Assembly (NCBI GenBank): GCA_951406725.2 | Contig: OX597828.1 | Coordinates: 15,190,001 to 15,254,000 of the forward strand | Reading direction: 5' to 3' | DNA: 64,000 bases | Origin: Octopus vulgaris | Lineage: Eukaryota | Shown here: one piece after another, positions 25,983 to 38,490 of the stretch | Layout: each line of letters opens with the position of its first letter | Position numbering within the stretch: position 1 is the first letter of the stretch | Made by a program: the position numbers and the translations under genes | Notes under the pieces: generated by a model | Database searches by the model: none | What the model saw: the letters and a program-made list of their open reading frames with translations, nothing else | Told to the model about the DNA's origin: nothing

Positions 25983-26090
25983 CTGTTTGTGTACACTAGT
26001 GTAAAAATGATGCAGCAAGTTGTATCAAAGGGCATCTTTGTTTGATAAAGAGAGATGGGTGAAAGAATGAGGGAATAAAGAGAAACTTAC

Positions 26091-26272
26091 CGACAAATCT
26101 CTACCAGTGTTTCGTTTGGCATACTGAGAGGACGGTGATCCTTTTCAAAGTCACTGGTGTTGAAATAGGCCAGGGAATTCTCCACATAACCACTGAGGTT
26201 ATCATCTAAACTGTAGCCAATTTTGTAAACTAACTGAGGTATAAAATCTGATGTCACACATATGATGAATGC
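26091..26272 (-). CDS. ANO: Anoctamin exon N (AFIICVTSDFIPQLVY...GYVENSLAYFNTSDF...EIC)
   Basis: atttccag acceptor, CG/gtaagt donor, 182 nt, phase 0 to 2; TSDFIP.LVY motif. Confidence 0.96.
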
Positions 26273-26304
26273 CTGGAAATGAAACAAAGATAAATAAATA
26301 AATA

Positions 26305-26631
<327 letters not shown>

Positions 26632-26649
26632 GATTCAGCAGATATAAAT

Positions 26650-27142
26650 ACCACAGTGGTGTGGTTCAGAAAACTGCTTTGCAAACCATATAGCTTCAGG
26701 TTCAGTCCCAACAGTTTGGCACCTTAGGTAACCCAAATCAAACAGAATTTTGTGAGCGAATTTGGTGGACAATCTGTGTAAAAGCCCATGATATTGTGCA
26801 TGTGTGTGTGTGTGTTCATGCGTGTGTTTGTTCTTATGTGTGTGATTGCGTGTATGTGTGTTTGTATATGTCGTGATGTAAGCATTTGTCTGTGCTTGTG
26901 TGTGTGTGTGTGTGTCTGTGTGAATGTGAGTGTTTATGAGTGTATGTGTCTCCCTACATGCTAACTAGTGTTGGTTTGTTTATGACCCTATAGCTTAACA
27001 CTTCAGCATAAAAGAGACAAATAGAATAAGTGCCTGGCTCAAGAAAGAAAGAAACAAACTAGTACTGAATTTGATTTGATTGACTAAACCCATTCAAAGT
27101 AGTGATCCAGAATGGCCACAACCCAATGACTGAAAGAAGTAA
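26650..27142 (+). mobile_element. SINE family 1 (older)
   Basis: Diverged head, long TG tract, tail. Confidence 0.75.
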
Positions 27143-27484
27143 ATAATCCTTTCTGCTATAGGCACAAAGCCTGAAATTTTGCAAGAAGGGGCTGGTCAAT
27201 TAGAGTGGTATTTTGTCTGTCCGCTGAAGTCAACTTAGCCTTTCATCCTTTCGGGGCTGATAAATTAAGTACCAGTTGCATACTGGGGTCAATTTAATCG
27301 ACTGGCTCCCTCCCACAAAATTTCAGTCCTTGTGCTTAGAGTAGAAAAGAATAGAGAATAAAATGCAAAGTCAACCTTTGCATTCAACTCTGAGTGCATT
27401 GCATCATAGCAGAAACAACTGTATGCTAATGAAGTTCATAACATAACTGTTTATTCCTTTGTCATTCTTATATATATATATATA

Positions 27485-27688
27485 CTCTTTACTCTCTTAC
27501 TTGTTTCAGTCATTTGACTGTGGCCATGCTGGAGTACTGCCTTTAATTGAGCAAATCGACCCCAGGACTTATTCTTTGTAATCCTAGTACTTATTCTATC
27601 AGTCTCTTTTGCCGAACTGCTAAGTTATGGGAACATAAACACACCAGTATCGGTTGTCAAGCGATGTTAGGGGGACAAACATAGACAC

Positions 27689-27731
<43 letters not shown>

Positions 27732-27897
27732 TACAATGGGCTTCTTTCAGTTTCCGTCTAGCAAATCCACTCACAAGGCTTTGGTCAGCCCGAGGCTATA
27801 GTAGAAGACACTTACACAAGGTACCATGCAGTGGGACTGAACCCGGAACCATGTGGTTCGTAAGCAAGCTACATACCACACAGCCACTCCTATGCCT
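27485..27897 (-). mobile_element. SINE family 1
   Basis: Full-length reverse-complement copy. Confidence 0.9.
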
Positions 27898-27971
27898 ATA
27901 TAAAGTCAAATTGCATATAACAATGCATATGTATATTTTAATAGCTCGAAAACTCTACCATGATGTTGTAG

Positions 27972-28126
27972 CAGGGCTCAGATTTGAAAACCACATCGGC
28001 TTAGTAATGAGAACCGGCATATGAGGTGACTTGCCCAGAATTCTGTCCAATCATATTTCAGATGCATCATGTAATCGTGATCTATTTCTCACTACTAAGC
28101 TGATGCAGTTTCAAATCTAAGCCCTG
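27972..28126. mobile_element. Small MITE with ~42-bp TIRs
   Basis: CAGGGCTCAGATTTGAAA...TTAGTAATGAGAA vs TTCTCACTACTAAG...TTTCAAATCTAAGCCCTG. Confidence 0.7.
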
Positions 28127-28517
28127 CTGTTATGTAATTATTTTAGTCTCAACACAAGATTGCAGGCCAGTTTACTTTCCTAACAAGTTCATTGCAAGAT
28201 GTCAAAAGTTTATAATATTATCATCACTATCGTCACCAGCGCCTTTCATGTCATCATCATCCTCACTTTATTTCCATTTTCCAGGTTGGCATAGGTTAGT
28301 CAGGTAGTCACAGTTCCTATCAGTTCTTATTTGGAGTTATCACCTCGTAAATAAAATGGAAGATCACAATCCCATTTAGCTGAGTCTACTGGGTACATTT
28401 TATCATGGTACCAGCGCTAGAAAGAAATCACATCCTCTTCAACCTATTTAGACTTTGTTTATTTGTCAAAATATATAATTTATCAAAAAAAATATTAAAT
28501 ATATAAAAACAACTTAC

Positions 28518-28570
28518 ATTTGATAAAATTGCAATTCTTGAGATACCATAAAGTACACTGTACCATATCC
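28518..28570 (-). CDS. ANO: Anoctamin exon M (IWYSVLYGISRIAILSN; TM9)
   Basis: tttacag acceptor, AAT/gtaagt donor, 53 nt, phase 1 to 0. Confidence 0.94.
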
Positions 28571-28673
28571 CTGTAAATTAAGGAAACAACATTGAATAAA
28601 TGAATTTGTATGAATATGTATATAATCTCACTGTCGCCTACTTGTAGTGTAGACTTAACAACAACAACAACAA

Positions 28674-29525
28674 TCTTTTCTACTATAGGCACAAGGCCTG
28701 AAATTTAGTGGGAGGGGGCTAGTTGATTACATCGACCCCAGTACTCAACTGGTACTTATTTTATCAACCCCGAAAGGATGAAAGGCAAAGTCGACCTTGG
28801 TGGAATTTGAACTCAGAACGTAAAGATGGATGAAATACCACTAAGCATTTTGCCCAGCATACTAATGATTCTGCCAGTTTGCCGCAATAATAATGATGAT
28901 GATGATGATGATGATGATTTAAAATTTTGGCACAAGACGAGTAATTTTGGGGGAAGGAGGAAGTTGATTACATTGACCCCAGAACTTGACTGGTACTTAT
29001 TTTATTGACTCCGAAAAGATGAAAGGCAAAGTCAATCTGAGTGGCATTTGGACTCAGAATGTGAAACTGGGCAAAATGCCGCTAAGCATTTTGTCCAGAT
29101 TGCTAATGATTCTGCCAGCTCACTGCCTTAATAATCTTTTCTACTAAAGGCACATCGACCCCAGTGGTCCACTGGTACTTAATTTATTGACTCTAAAAGG
29201 GTGAAAGGCAAAGTCAACCTTGGCGGGATTTGAACCCAGAACATGAAGACAGAAGAAATACTGCGAAGCATTTCACTCAGTGTACTAATGATTCTGCCAG
29301 CTTGCCGCCTTAAAAATAATAATAATCCTTTCTACTAAAGGCACAAGACCTAAAATTTGGTGGGAGGGAGCTGGTTGATTACATCAACCTTAGTGTTTCA
29401 CTGGTACTTAATTTGAAAGGCTAAGTCGATTTCAGCAGAATTTGATCTTAGAACACAGCAACAGGTGAAATACTGCTAAGCATTTCATTCAGCCTGCTAA
29501 AGATTCTGTCTGCTTGCCACCTTAG
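28674..29525 (-). mobile_element. Four tandem copies of SINE family 2 (Nin/Deu-domain-like)
   Basis: Each unit on minus strand: CTGGCAGAATC..TAG...GAGTTCAAATTCC..GGTCGACTTTGCCTTTCATCCTTTCGGGG..GATAAAATAAGTACCAG; the core resembles the Nin/Deu SINE domain. Confidence 0.85.
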
Positions 29526-29569
29526 CAATAACATAATAATCCTTTCTATTATAAGCACAAGTCCTTGGT

Positions 29570-29915
29570 TTCAGGTTCAGTCTCACAGCATGGCACCTTG
29601 GGCAAATGTCTTCTATTATAGCCCCAAGCCAACTAAAGCCTCATAAATGGATTTGGAAGATGGAAACTGAAAACAGCCTGTTGTATGTATATGCATGTAT
29701 GCTTGTGTGCGTCTTTGTGTATGTCCTCCCCACATCATTTGACAATTGATGTTGGTTTGTTTATGGCCCCATAACTTAGCAGTTTGACAAAAAGAAACTG
29801 ATATAATAAGTACCAGGCTTAGAAAAAGTGAAGTACTGGGGTTGAGTTGTTTAACTAAACCCTTCAAGGCAGTGCCCCAGCATGGCTGCAGCCAATGATT
29901 GAAACAAATAAAAGT
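29570..29915 (+). mobile_element. SINE family 1 (5' truncated)
   Basis: B box through tail. Confidence 0.8.
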
Positions 29916-30267
29916 TAGATATCTTCTTTGTGAAAAAGAAAGAAAAAAATGCATATATACAAGTATATATACTTGGTCTTCAGTTCAGCTTTCTTGTTAT
30001 TCTTATTTTAGTGTTCTTTGTGTCACATGTATTAAGAAAACAAGAGTATACGAAACATTTAGGAAGACCAAGTTTTAGGCTTACAAAACAAAGATTTATG
30101 TTTAAAAGGAAAGGTAAGATAATTTAAAACAAATCTGAATTTAAGTAGAAACAATTGCTTTGTATCAAACCATAATAACTTTCTTTCAACACAAAATTCT
30201 TTCGCTCTTTTCTTCTTTCATTTTTGTCATCGTAAATAACAAAATGAAGTATTAGATAATGAAGTCT

Positions 30268-30495
30268 TAACTCTTTTGATACCAAATTGCTTGAGGTCAC
30301 CCTTGGTTCTATGACATTAACACCCTGTTTTAAAGTAATCTATATTTAAAAACTTCCATCACAAGTTCTTATTAATTCATGTTCTATATTTCACCTTAAT
30401 TATGGCAATGTTATTTTAATAAGTTCTTCATTCTTTTCAGAATTAATTGAAATAAAGGCAGTGTATTTCAACACATATAGTAACAAAAGGGTTAT
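30268..30495 (+). mobile_element. Older piggyBac-type MITE (related inverted copy ~48149-48397)
   Basis: TTAACTCTTTTGATACC ... GTAACAAAAGGGTTA. Confidence 0.65.
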
Positions 30496-30599
30496 GTATC
30501 CTTAAATAGACGGACAGAAATGCTTTCTATTGTGGGTCTACTTGATCAGGTTATATATATTCAAAAGCAAAAAGATTATCAGAAAATTGAAACACTCAC

Positions 30600-30752
30600 C
30601 AATATTGGTTGCAATTTGTGGAGTTGGTCGTTTTATTGTAGTAACAAACTTATTGGCATCAGCTCTGATTTCTATTATATTGTTGATTAAACAGAACAGT
30701 GGACCCATGGGGAAAGCAGCTACAAATAGGGTTAGAAACCCAAATTGAAGAA
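30600..30752 (-). CDS. ANO: Anoctamin exon L ([35 protein letters not shown]...NI; TM7-TM8)
   Basis: tatttcag acceptor, G/gtgagt donor, 153 nt, phase 1 to 1; E.R.D Ca2+-binding motif. Confidence 0.97.
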
Positions 30753-31788
30753 CTGAAATAGAAAGCATAGAGTATAATTAAAATCTCACATATTTATTGT
30801 TAAAATTAATTAAATTTGTATAAATATGTTAGGTGATCCAGGTGAGGTGTGTGGCTTAGTGGTTGGGGTGTTGCACTCATGATTGTATGATTGTGGTTTC
30901 AATTCCTGGACTGGGTGATGCATTATGTTCTTGAGAAAAACACTTACTTTCACATTGTTCCAATACACTCAGCTGATAAAAATGAGTAGTTCTGTATCAG
31001 ACTGGCATTCCATCCAGAGGGGAATCCAAGAAACCAGCCTTATAAGTCTATAGCTTGGGAAGGACTTTTGATTCTCTTATTTAAGTGGAAGAAGACTGAC
31101 TTCTGATTATGTGATATTTAGTCTAAGTCATATAAACAAATAACTCTGCGTGACTTAGTATGTATGGCTGAGCAAAACAGGTTTCACTCCTACTTTACAG
31201 GTGCAGTATTTATTTCACACAACATAAATATAAGGGCATCAAGCTATAGATAATCATTCCAAAAGTATGTGTACCATAAAGGGACACAATCCATCTGATG
31301 CTATCATGGAAAACTATTTGTAAAATAATTGTTTCTAACACAGGAGGTAAAAGGCTTGAAATTTGGGAGATGAAAATGGTCAGATTATATAAGAGGCACT
31401 TAACTTGTAGTTTGCTTTATTGACATCTAGAGGGAAGAAGAACAAAGTTGATCTTGGTGGGATTTGATCTTAGAATGTAGAGAGACAGAACAACTATTGT
31501 AAAGCATTCTGTCAAAGGTTCTAATAAATCTGCCAATTCAACGCTCTGTTACTCAAGATAAGGACTTACACACTCACAAATATATTATTACCATCATCGT
31601 CATTTAACGTCCGTTTTCCATGCTGGCATGGGTTGAATGGTTGGCTTAGAGCTGGCAAGCTGAGAGTTGCACCAAGTTCCAGTCTTGTGTTTTGGCTTGT
31701 TTTCTACAGCTGGATGCCCTTCCACTTTACAGAGTGTACTGGGTGCTTTTTATGTTTCACCAGCACCAACAGGGTCTGTTTTTAATTG

Positions 31789-32038
31789 TATATTTTTTAA
31801 AGCCAAAACAAGGCAAGTTATTTGAATAATACAGGTTGATAATTTTACCTGGTCTTTCATTATTTCAGGGTTAGGATCCACTTCTTCAGGAAATCTTTGG
31901 AAAAAAGTTATTTGCTGACCTGCTCTGTTCAAAGATCTCCTGGGGAAGGGAGCCTAATCCAGAAATATTTAAATACTAGGTAAAACTATCAACCTGTATA
32001 TTTTTATAACTTGCCTTGTTTGGGTTTTTAAAAATATA
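31789..32038. mobile_element. ~250-bp imperfect palindrome, Penelope-like, hammerhead-like core in each arm
   Basis: Arms ~31789-31902 and ~31929-32038 are reverse complements; minus strand CCTGAAGAAG...CCCTGAAATA at 31890-31861. Confidence 0.5.
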
Positions 32039-32099
32039 ATTAATATTTATTTATATCTATATGGGACAATGTTTCATGAAAGCTATATATATATAACTT

Positions 32100-32455
32100 T
32101 TTTTCACTTGTTTCTGTGATTAGACTGGTCAAACGAATTGACCCCGGTACATATTTTTTCTAAAGCCTGGTACTTATCCCATTGGTCTCTTTTGCTGAAC
32201 TGTTAAGTCACGGGGATGTAAACACACCAATGCTAGTTGTCAAATGACGGGGGTGGAGGCAAACACATGCACAAAAATACAAACACATACACATATATAT
32301 GAGCTTCTTTCAGTTTCTATGAACCAAATCCACTCACAAGGCTTTGGGCAAGCTGAGGCTATTGTAGAAGACGCTTGTCCAAGGTGCCACACAGTGGGAC
32401 TGAACCTGTAACTATGTGGTTGGGAAGCAAACTTCTTACCATACAGCCACATCTG
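32100..32455 (-). mobile_element. SINE family 1
   Basis: Reverse-complement copy. Confidence 0.85.
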
Positions 32456-32517
32456 CTTCCATGCTTGGATATAACTGTCAGTAAATGAAAAATAATTATA
32501 ACTAAATAACAATTTTG

Positions 32518-32778
32518 GCACTTGTGCAGGTGGCATGTAAAAAAACATCACTTGAGTGTGGCCGTTGCCAGTACTGCCTGACTGGCCCTCATGCCGGTGG
32601 CACGTAAAAGCACCCACTACACTCTTGGAGTGGTTGGCGTTAGGAAGGGCATCCAGCTGTAGAAACTCTGCCAGATCAGATTGGAGCCTGGTGCAACCAT
32701 CTGGTTCGCCAGTCCTCAGTCAAATCGTCCAACCCATGCTAGCATGGAAAGCGGACGTTAACCGATGATGATGATGAT
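32518..32778 (+). mobile_element. RTE-tail repeat ending in (GAT)n
   Basis: GTGGTTGGCGTTAGGAAGGGCATCCAGCTGTAGAAAC...CATGCTAGCATGGAAAGCGGACGTTAA; others at ~7361-7650(-), 13950-14125(-), 31590-31770(-), 34630-34895(-), 36720-36945(+), 51955-52183(+), 62430-62640(+). Confidence 0.85.
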
Positions 32779-32819
32779 TACCATTGAAAACAAAACAAAA
32801 GTAAAGTAATTATACTCAC

Positions 32820-32953
32820 TCATTTCTAAATATTCATAAAACAGAGTTGTGGTATCAACATCAGTCAGGAGGAGATCTTTCTCCCAAGGAGTATTTGGTA
32901 GTTTCTTCTTGGCAGCTTCTTTCCATCGTTTCATGCAATATTTCCATAATTTC
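32820..32953 (-). CDS. ANO: Anoctamin exon K (KLWKYCMKRW...PWEKDLLL...LFYEYLEM)
   Basis: tttccag acceptor, A/gtgagt donor, 134 nt, phase 2 to 1; EYLE Ca2+-binding motif. Confidence 0.96.
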
Positions 32954-33111
32954 CTGGAAATTATGAAATCATGTTATATCACATTCTAAGACATAATGAT
33001 AAATTCACACAAAAAATACAAGTTTTTAAGAGACACAGTAAGAGACATAGTAAGACTAAATAGATAGATAAACAAAGAAGTAGATATTATTTGTATGTAT
33101 ATATACATGTA

Positions 33112-33604
33112 CCATAAACCCTTGTGTATAATCCGCATTTCCCCCCAAAAATTTAAAGGTCAAAATCCCTTGTGCGTATTATACACGAGGTTAAAAATGA
33201 AAAATTTTTTAAGTAATGTCCGAGTCTCTATTTGCTGTCTGGCAATGTTTATTCAGACGCATTTTGTGATGTCAGGCACAGAAATACCTTAAGCTAAGCC
33301 TGAAAGCAATGAAGTCATAAAAGAATCATCCATAACTTGCAGTAAGCAACATTTATTAAACGTTATTACTGTTATTTCTTTATTTTCTGCAAACAAAATG
33401 CACAAAAAAAGCTACACGTTTGCATTATGTTATATATACAATAATAATAAAGGACGTTACCGTATACAGTTTTACAAACCAAGGACGTTATATAGACCTC
33501 CTTGACTCAAGTTAGAGAAGGGGTGCGTATTATTCAGAAGTACAGCCTCCTAAAAATCCCCTGCGTATTATACTCAAGGGCGGACTATTCTCGATGATTT
33601 ACGG
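33112..33604 (+). mobile_element. Tc1/mariner-pogo-type MITE, copy 2
   Basis: Highly similar to 16621-17287 without the nested insert; TA flanks. Confidence 0.88.
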
Positions 33605-33939
33605 TATGTACATATAGAGATAGCTTGATAGGCAGAGAGAGCAAGAGAGGGGGGGGGGCAATTGATTCACTCAATTGGTCATAATATGCCATATTCTGGT
33701 TTTATAGATCTGTAGCAGGAATATTTGGCAGTAGCAAAACACCTTGAAACTGAACCCAGGTCACTGTATCCGATACAAAAACAACAATAGAACATGAACA
33801 TAATTTGCTTAAATATTGCTGATATCTTCAAAACATTAACCATTTAAATTTCCAGTGGAACAGAATCTAATTAAACAATTTTACCTTTGATGTGCTTTTC
33901 CTGTAGATGTCTTGCAAACAACTTGCACATGCAAGTGCT

Positions 33940-34420
33940 ACCAGTCAAAAGCTCCGTATACCGGAAGCCAGTAAGTGTATGGGGTCATCAGGAGAGACTG
34001 TGTGCCGTTTCGGGGCCTACCTCTCGACGGCATCAATGCGCACCGGCCCCCCTCACTGATATGAGGCCCCACTTGCTAGTTATCTTGCTGGTTATCAAGT
34101 TAAGCTCAATATCCTTCTAGCCATCGCTCATCGTCTCTTTTTAACCAAATCCAGTGGCTAGCCTTCTCCACTGTAGATTGGATATCAGTCATGGTGGTAT
34201 TGACTTTACGATGAGTTAGGCCTAGCGATAACAACAGTTGTCTCACACTGTGTCCAACGAACCCTCTACATCTGACTTCAATTGGAAAATGTTCCGCTTT
34301 CCAGCCTGCATCTTCACATTCCTCGAGGAGGTTTACATAACGGTTCAATTTTCGAGCCCGAGTGGCGTCCATATTATCTTCATGAGGAACCGTTAACTTA
34401 ACTATATTCAGCACATTTTA
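33940..34420 (-). mobile_element. 3' fragment of restriction-like-endonuclease non-LTR retrotransposon (Hero/R2-like)
   Basis: LTVPHEDNMDATRARKLNRYVNLLEECEDAGWKAEHFPIEVRCRGFV...EKASHWIWLKR, then GC-richer 3' UTR. Confidence 0.82.
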
Positions 34421-34944
34421 GCCACTAGACAGCAGACAGCACCAGAGAACCAGAAATCTGACAAGAGAAGTGTTTGTAGCACCAAGACAATGGTCAAAGA
34501 CAACGACAATGGCAATAATGGTGGTGGCAGCAGCAACACAGCTTAACGAGCTAATGCCAAGAAACACATCATGTTATATCTGAACCAATAATGAAATTTC
34601 GAACAAACTTCAAATTATCATATCTGTCACATCACCATCATTGTTTAACGTCCTCTTTCCACGTTGGCATGGGTTGGATGGTTTGACATGGAGCTGGATA
34701 GCAGGTAGCTGTCCAGATTCCAACTGTCTGTTGTGGAATGGTTTCTATGGCTAGATGCCGTTCCTAATGCCAATCAGTTAACAGAGTGTGCTGGGTGCTT
34801 TTTACGTGCCACTGACATGGGTGTGTTTATATAGCACTGGTATGGGTGCATTAACACAGCACCAGCATGGGTGCTTTCCAAGTGGCATCAGCACCAGAAA
34901 GGATAAGCCTGTACGTGTGGAAGACAGTTCTTGTCATTATTAGT

Positions 34945-35151
34945 AACAAAAACAGGAAAAATAATCCAAAATCCTTGTCCAGTACCAGATCAATCCCCAA
35001 ATCTAATCAGCGTGTGCCAGTTATGAGGCCAAACATGCCTGGAAGTTTCATCCGAATCCATCAAGCAGTTCTTGAGATATCTTGTTCCTGGACAAACAAA
35101 CAAACACAACTGAAAACAATACCTTTGCCATCGCTAAGGCGGAGGTAATAA
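34945..35151. mobile_element. Unclassified non-autonomous DNA element
   Basis: Ends with short hairpin and GGCGGAGGTAATAA; internal AAGTTTCATCCGAATCC...TTGAGATATC and (CAAA)n, typical of dispersed animal repeats; superfamily not determined. Confidence 0.45.
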
Positions 35152-35299
35152 AAGGAAAAGTCAACAGTAGATGGCTGAAAGGAAGAACAAATTTAAAAGG
35201 AAGTTGAACTCAGACTGCAGAAGGATGAGACTAAATAAAATCAAAACTGCTGACAAATGGTACAAACACCACCCTGAGGCTGTAACTGAAGGAGAAAAT

Positions 35300-35670
35300 G
35301 TAATGATTCTTTAGGACTTTCCAGTACATATAGACTGGACCATCAAAGCTAATAAACCAGATATTGTTGTGAAAGACCAAAACCAATAAAGTCTGTTTAC
35401 TGATTGACATGAGCATACATTGTGATCATAATATCTCAGCAAAATAATTTGATAAGCTCAGAAAATATAAAGATTTGCTGATTGAAATAAAAAAAAATGT
35501 GGCATCTCAAGATGGTTACAATACTAGTGATTGTAGGAGCACTTGAAATGACTAAAAAAGGAAATGAAAATTATTTGAGGATGATCTCTGGCTTATCATC
35601 CATACAAGGAGTGCTAAAGACTGTTTTAACTGGTACATCACACGTATTGAGAAGAGCATTGTCACTGTGA
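35300..35670 (+). mobile_element. Decayed R4/Dong-like retrotransposon endonuclease domain
   Basis: DFPVHIDWTIKANKPDIVVKD..CLLIDMSI..D.NIS.K..KL.KYKDLLIE...MW...VIVGAL with stops and frameshifts. Confidence 0.78.
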
Positions 35671-35756
35671 ATTTTCCTTCTTTTTTCCTCCTAAACGCTT
35701 ATATTTTGCTGGTGAGGTCATAATAAGACTGAAACAAACCTGAAGTTGTTGCTATT

Positions 35757-36105
35757 ATCTTTTACTTGTCCTATTTATTAGACTGCAGCCACCTTGAAGG
35801 ATTTTAGTTGAAAAAATTGACCCCAGTACATTTTTTTTTAAAGTCTGGCACTTACTCTATTGGTCTCTTTTGCCAAACTGTTATGCTATGGGGATATAAA
35901 CAAACCAACATTGGTTGTCAAGTAGTGGAATAAGGTCATACACAAACACCAACACACATAATACATGGGCTTCTACATATCAAATCTACTCACAAGACAT
36001 TGGTCAGTGTGGGGTTATAGTAGAAGACACTTGCCCAAGTTGTCACACAGAAAGACTGAACCAGAGACTTTTTGGTGACAAAGCATGCTTCTTAACCACA
36101 CAGCC
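35757..36105 (-). mobile_element. SINE family 1 (older)
   Basis: Diverged reverse-complement copy. Confidence 0.75.
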
Positions 36106-36153
36106 AAGTCTATTTTCCACATTTGCCAAAGTAATTAAAACATTATTGGTCAT

Positions 36154-36365
36154 TGTGAGCTGGTAGAATCGTTAGCATGCCAGGCAAAATGCTTAGCAGT
36201 ATTTTGTCTATCTTCATGTCCTGAGTTCAAATTCCACCGAGGTTGACTTTGGCTTTCATCTTTTTGAGGTTGATAAATTAAGGTACCAGTTGCATACTGC
36301 GGTCAATCTAATCGACTGCCTCCCTCCCCAAAGAATTCAGGCCTTGTGCCTAGAGAAGAAAAGAA
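36154..36365 (+). mobile_element. SINE family 2
   Basis: Full-length plus-strand copy; others at ~1636-1850(-), 10760-10945(-), 23000-23170(-), 31330-31545(-), 41910-42095(+), 42130-42335(-). Confidence 0.85.
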
Positions 36366-36434
36366 AAGAATATTGTTCTTCTTTGTTTTTTTTTTTACTC
36401 CACCACAATTATTTCTCATCAGTTTTTGAATAAT

Positions 36435-36661
36435 GTGGAGGCGCAATGGCCTAGTGGTTAGGGCAGCGGACTTGCGGTCGGAGGATCGCGGTTTCGATTC
36501 CCAGACCGGGCGTTGTGTGTGTTTATTGAGCGAAAACACCTAAAAGCTCCACGAGGCTCCGGCAGGAGGTGGTGATCCCTGCTGTACTCTAAAAGGCGGT
36601 GCTCCAGCATGGCCGCAGTCAAAATGACTGAAACAAGTACAAAAAAAAAAAAAAAAAAAAA
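36435..36661 (+). mobile_element. SINE family 4 head fused to family 1 tail plus poly(A)
   Basis: Head to ~36590, then AAGGCGGTGCTCCAGCATGGCCGCAGTCAAAATGACTGAAACAAGTA and A-run. Confidence 0.85.
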
Positions 36662-38389
36662 TCCATGTGTTACATTTCAACAGTTATTTAATTATTGTAA
36701 AATCTGAATAAAGTTAGAGATTGTAGCTGTAGCAGATACTTGTGTCATACAAATGGCACCCAAACCGGTGGCACATAAAAGCACCCATTGCATTCTCAGA
36801 GTGGTTGGCATTAGGAATGGCATCCAGCCATAGAAACCATGCTAAATCAATCCGGAGTTTGGTGCAGACCCTCAGCTTGCCAGCCCTGGTCAAACCATCC
36901 AACCCATGCCAAGAGGATGACAGATGTTAAGTGATGATGATGATGAACTTTGACTTGAGATTAAAGACGTGTAGCGTGGCACAAATAGCCAGCACCATTT
37001 TGTACGAGATCTCACTGGCAGCCATTATCTTGTCCAAGACAAGAACGAGTCTTGCGTACAACCGTTGCCATGTGTGACACCACAACGAGGCTCTCCCCGA
37101 CAACGGCTATTTAAGCAGTTATGAAAGATGTTCAACCTCTTAGTCTTCTCCAGCTTGCTTACACTGAGGGATGCTACAAAGCAGGCAGCTACAGTGGACT
37201 CTAACCCGCTCTAACTACATACGTTATTCTCCAGAGGTAATGTACTTCACATGAGTGGAGATGACACGCCATGCACTGCCATGAAGATGGACACTTAGAA
37301 CGGGACACAAGATCAGGAATCACAATAAACGATTATTGAATAGCATCCAGTTGTGAACATAAAACAGGTAGAATATTTTTGGCCGGATATGGCCGGTTTA
37401 AATGCTAAAGGGTTAAGACAGAAAATAATTATAATGGGAGAAGGTGGTACTCTACTGGTATCATGAACTTTTCCTTTCCCTTAAATGGAATAGTGATTTA
37501 CTTGTAGGAAACCTCTGAACTAACTGAAGAGTCCAAAGCTCAAAAGATTAAGAGTTGAATTAATGATGTGATTTTCTGAATAAAGAAACAAATCAATTTA
37601 AGATCAATTTAAGAGACTGTTTAGCTGGCATGAGAATTTCAGTTTTTTTTCTTTCAATTCTTAAATTTCCAGAAAACGCCACAAAAGACTGAGTTACAGT
37701 TGACCTAGGTTGGGTTAGGGTTAGGTTCAATCTTAACCCTAACAACAGCAACAGGAGTAACTAGTCTATGTGGACTGACTACTGAGATGGGTTTTCTTGA
37801 TTATAGTTTACCTGAGGCTAACACCAACAATTGCAGTAGTAGCAGCAGCAGCAACAGAAACAGCAGCAGTAACAACAATGACAACTAGTTATTAATGATT
37901 AATGGGAACTGTACTATTACTGAGGACTTCAGAACAAGCACAACAGACATTGCTCAACAGAAAACTAGAAAAGAAATAGATCGATAAATAAGAAAGGACA
38001 TTTGTAGAGATAAAGCATATAAATAGAATGTGAATTATGCAACACAAAGACAACAGGCAAAATCTTTTCATGTATAATAGAGAGAGAAGTGGAGAAGGGG
38101 AGAGAGAGAGAGAGATTAAAAATATAGCATCTTTAGAACCTTAGAAAAAATAACAAAAGACAAAGATAAAATAAAATAATAAAAGGCATATAAGATAGAC
38201 AAACATTGCTCATATAAAGATTTGTGAAGTTACTCAAGAAATTATAAGCAATTGTTACAGAGTATATAAAAGAAAATTCAAAATTCATAATTAAAAGATG
38301 AAGCTAGTTTATTTAAGTCTAAAAACCTAAAGTAGTTTTTTTTTTTTTCAAGTATATTGTGTTGTTTAAATAAAGTTTCCAACACTTAC

Positions 38390-38490
38390 GGAATGAGAAT
38401 TTCTACTAAGTTGTTTTGTAGAAGTTGTTTTCCAGTCATGATGATACCAAGCTGGATACAAAGCTCAATCAGACAGCCTCCTGGTTCACA
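38390..38490 (-). CDS. ANO: Anoctamin exon J ([33 protein letters not shown]; TM6)
   Basis: ctgctag acceptor, CC/gtaagt donor, 101 nt, phase 0 to 2. Confidence 0.97.

Noticed and set aside
37706-37743. TTAGGG-like tract followed by TAACCCTAA
   Set aside because: Only about two units per side; too short to call an interstitial telomere or fusion site.
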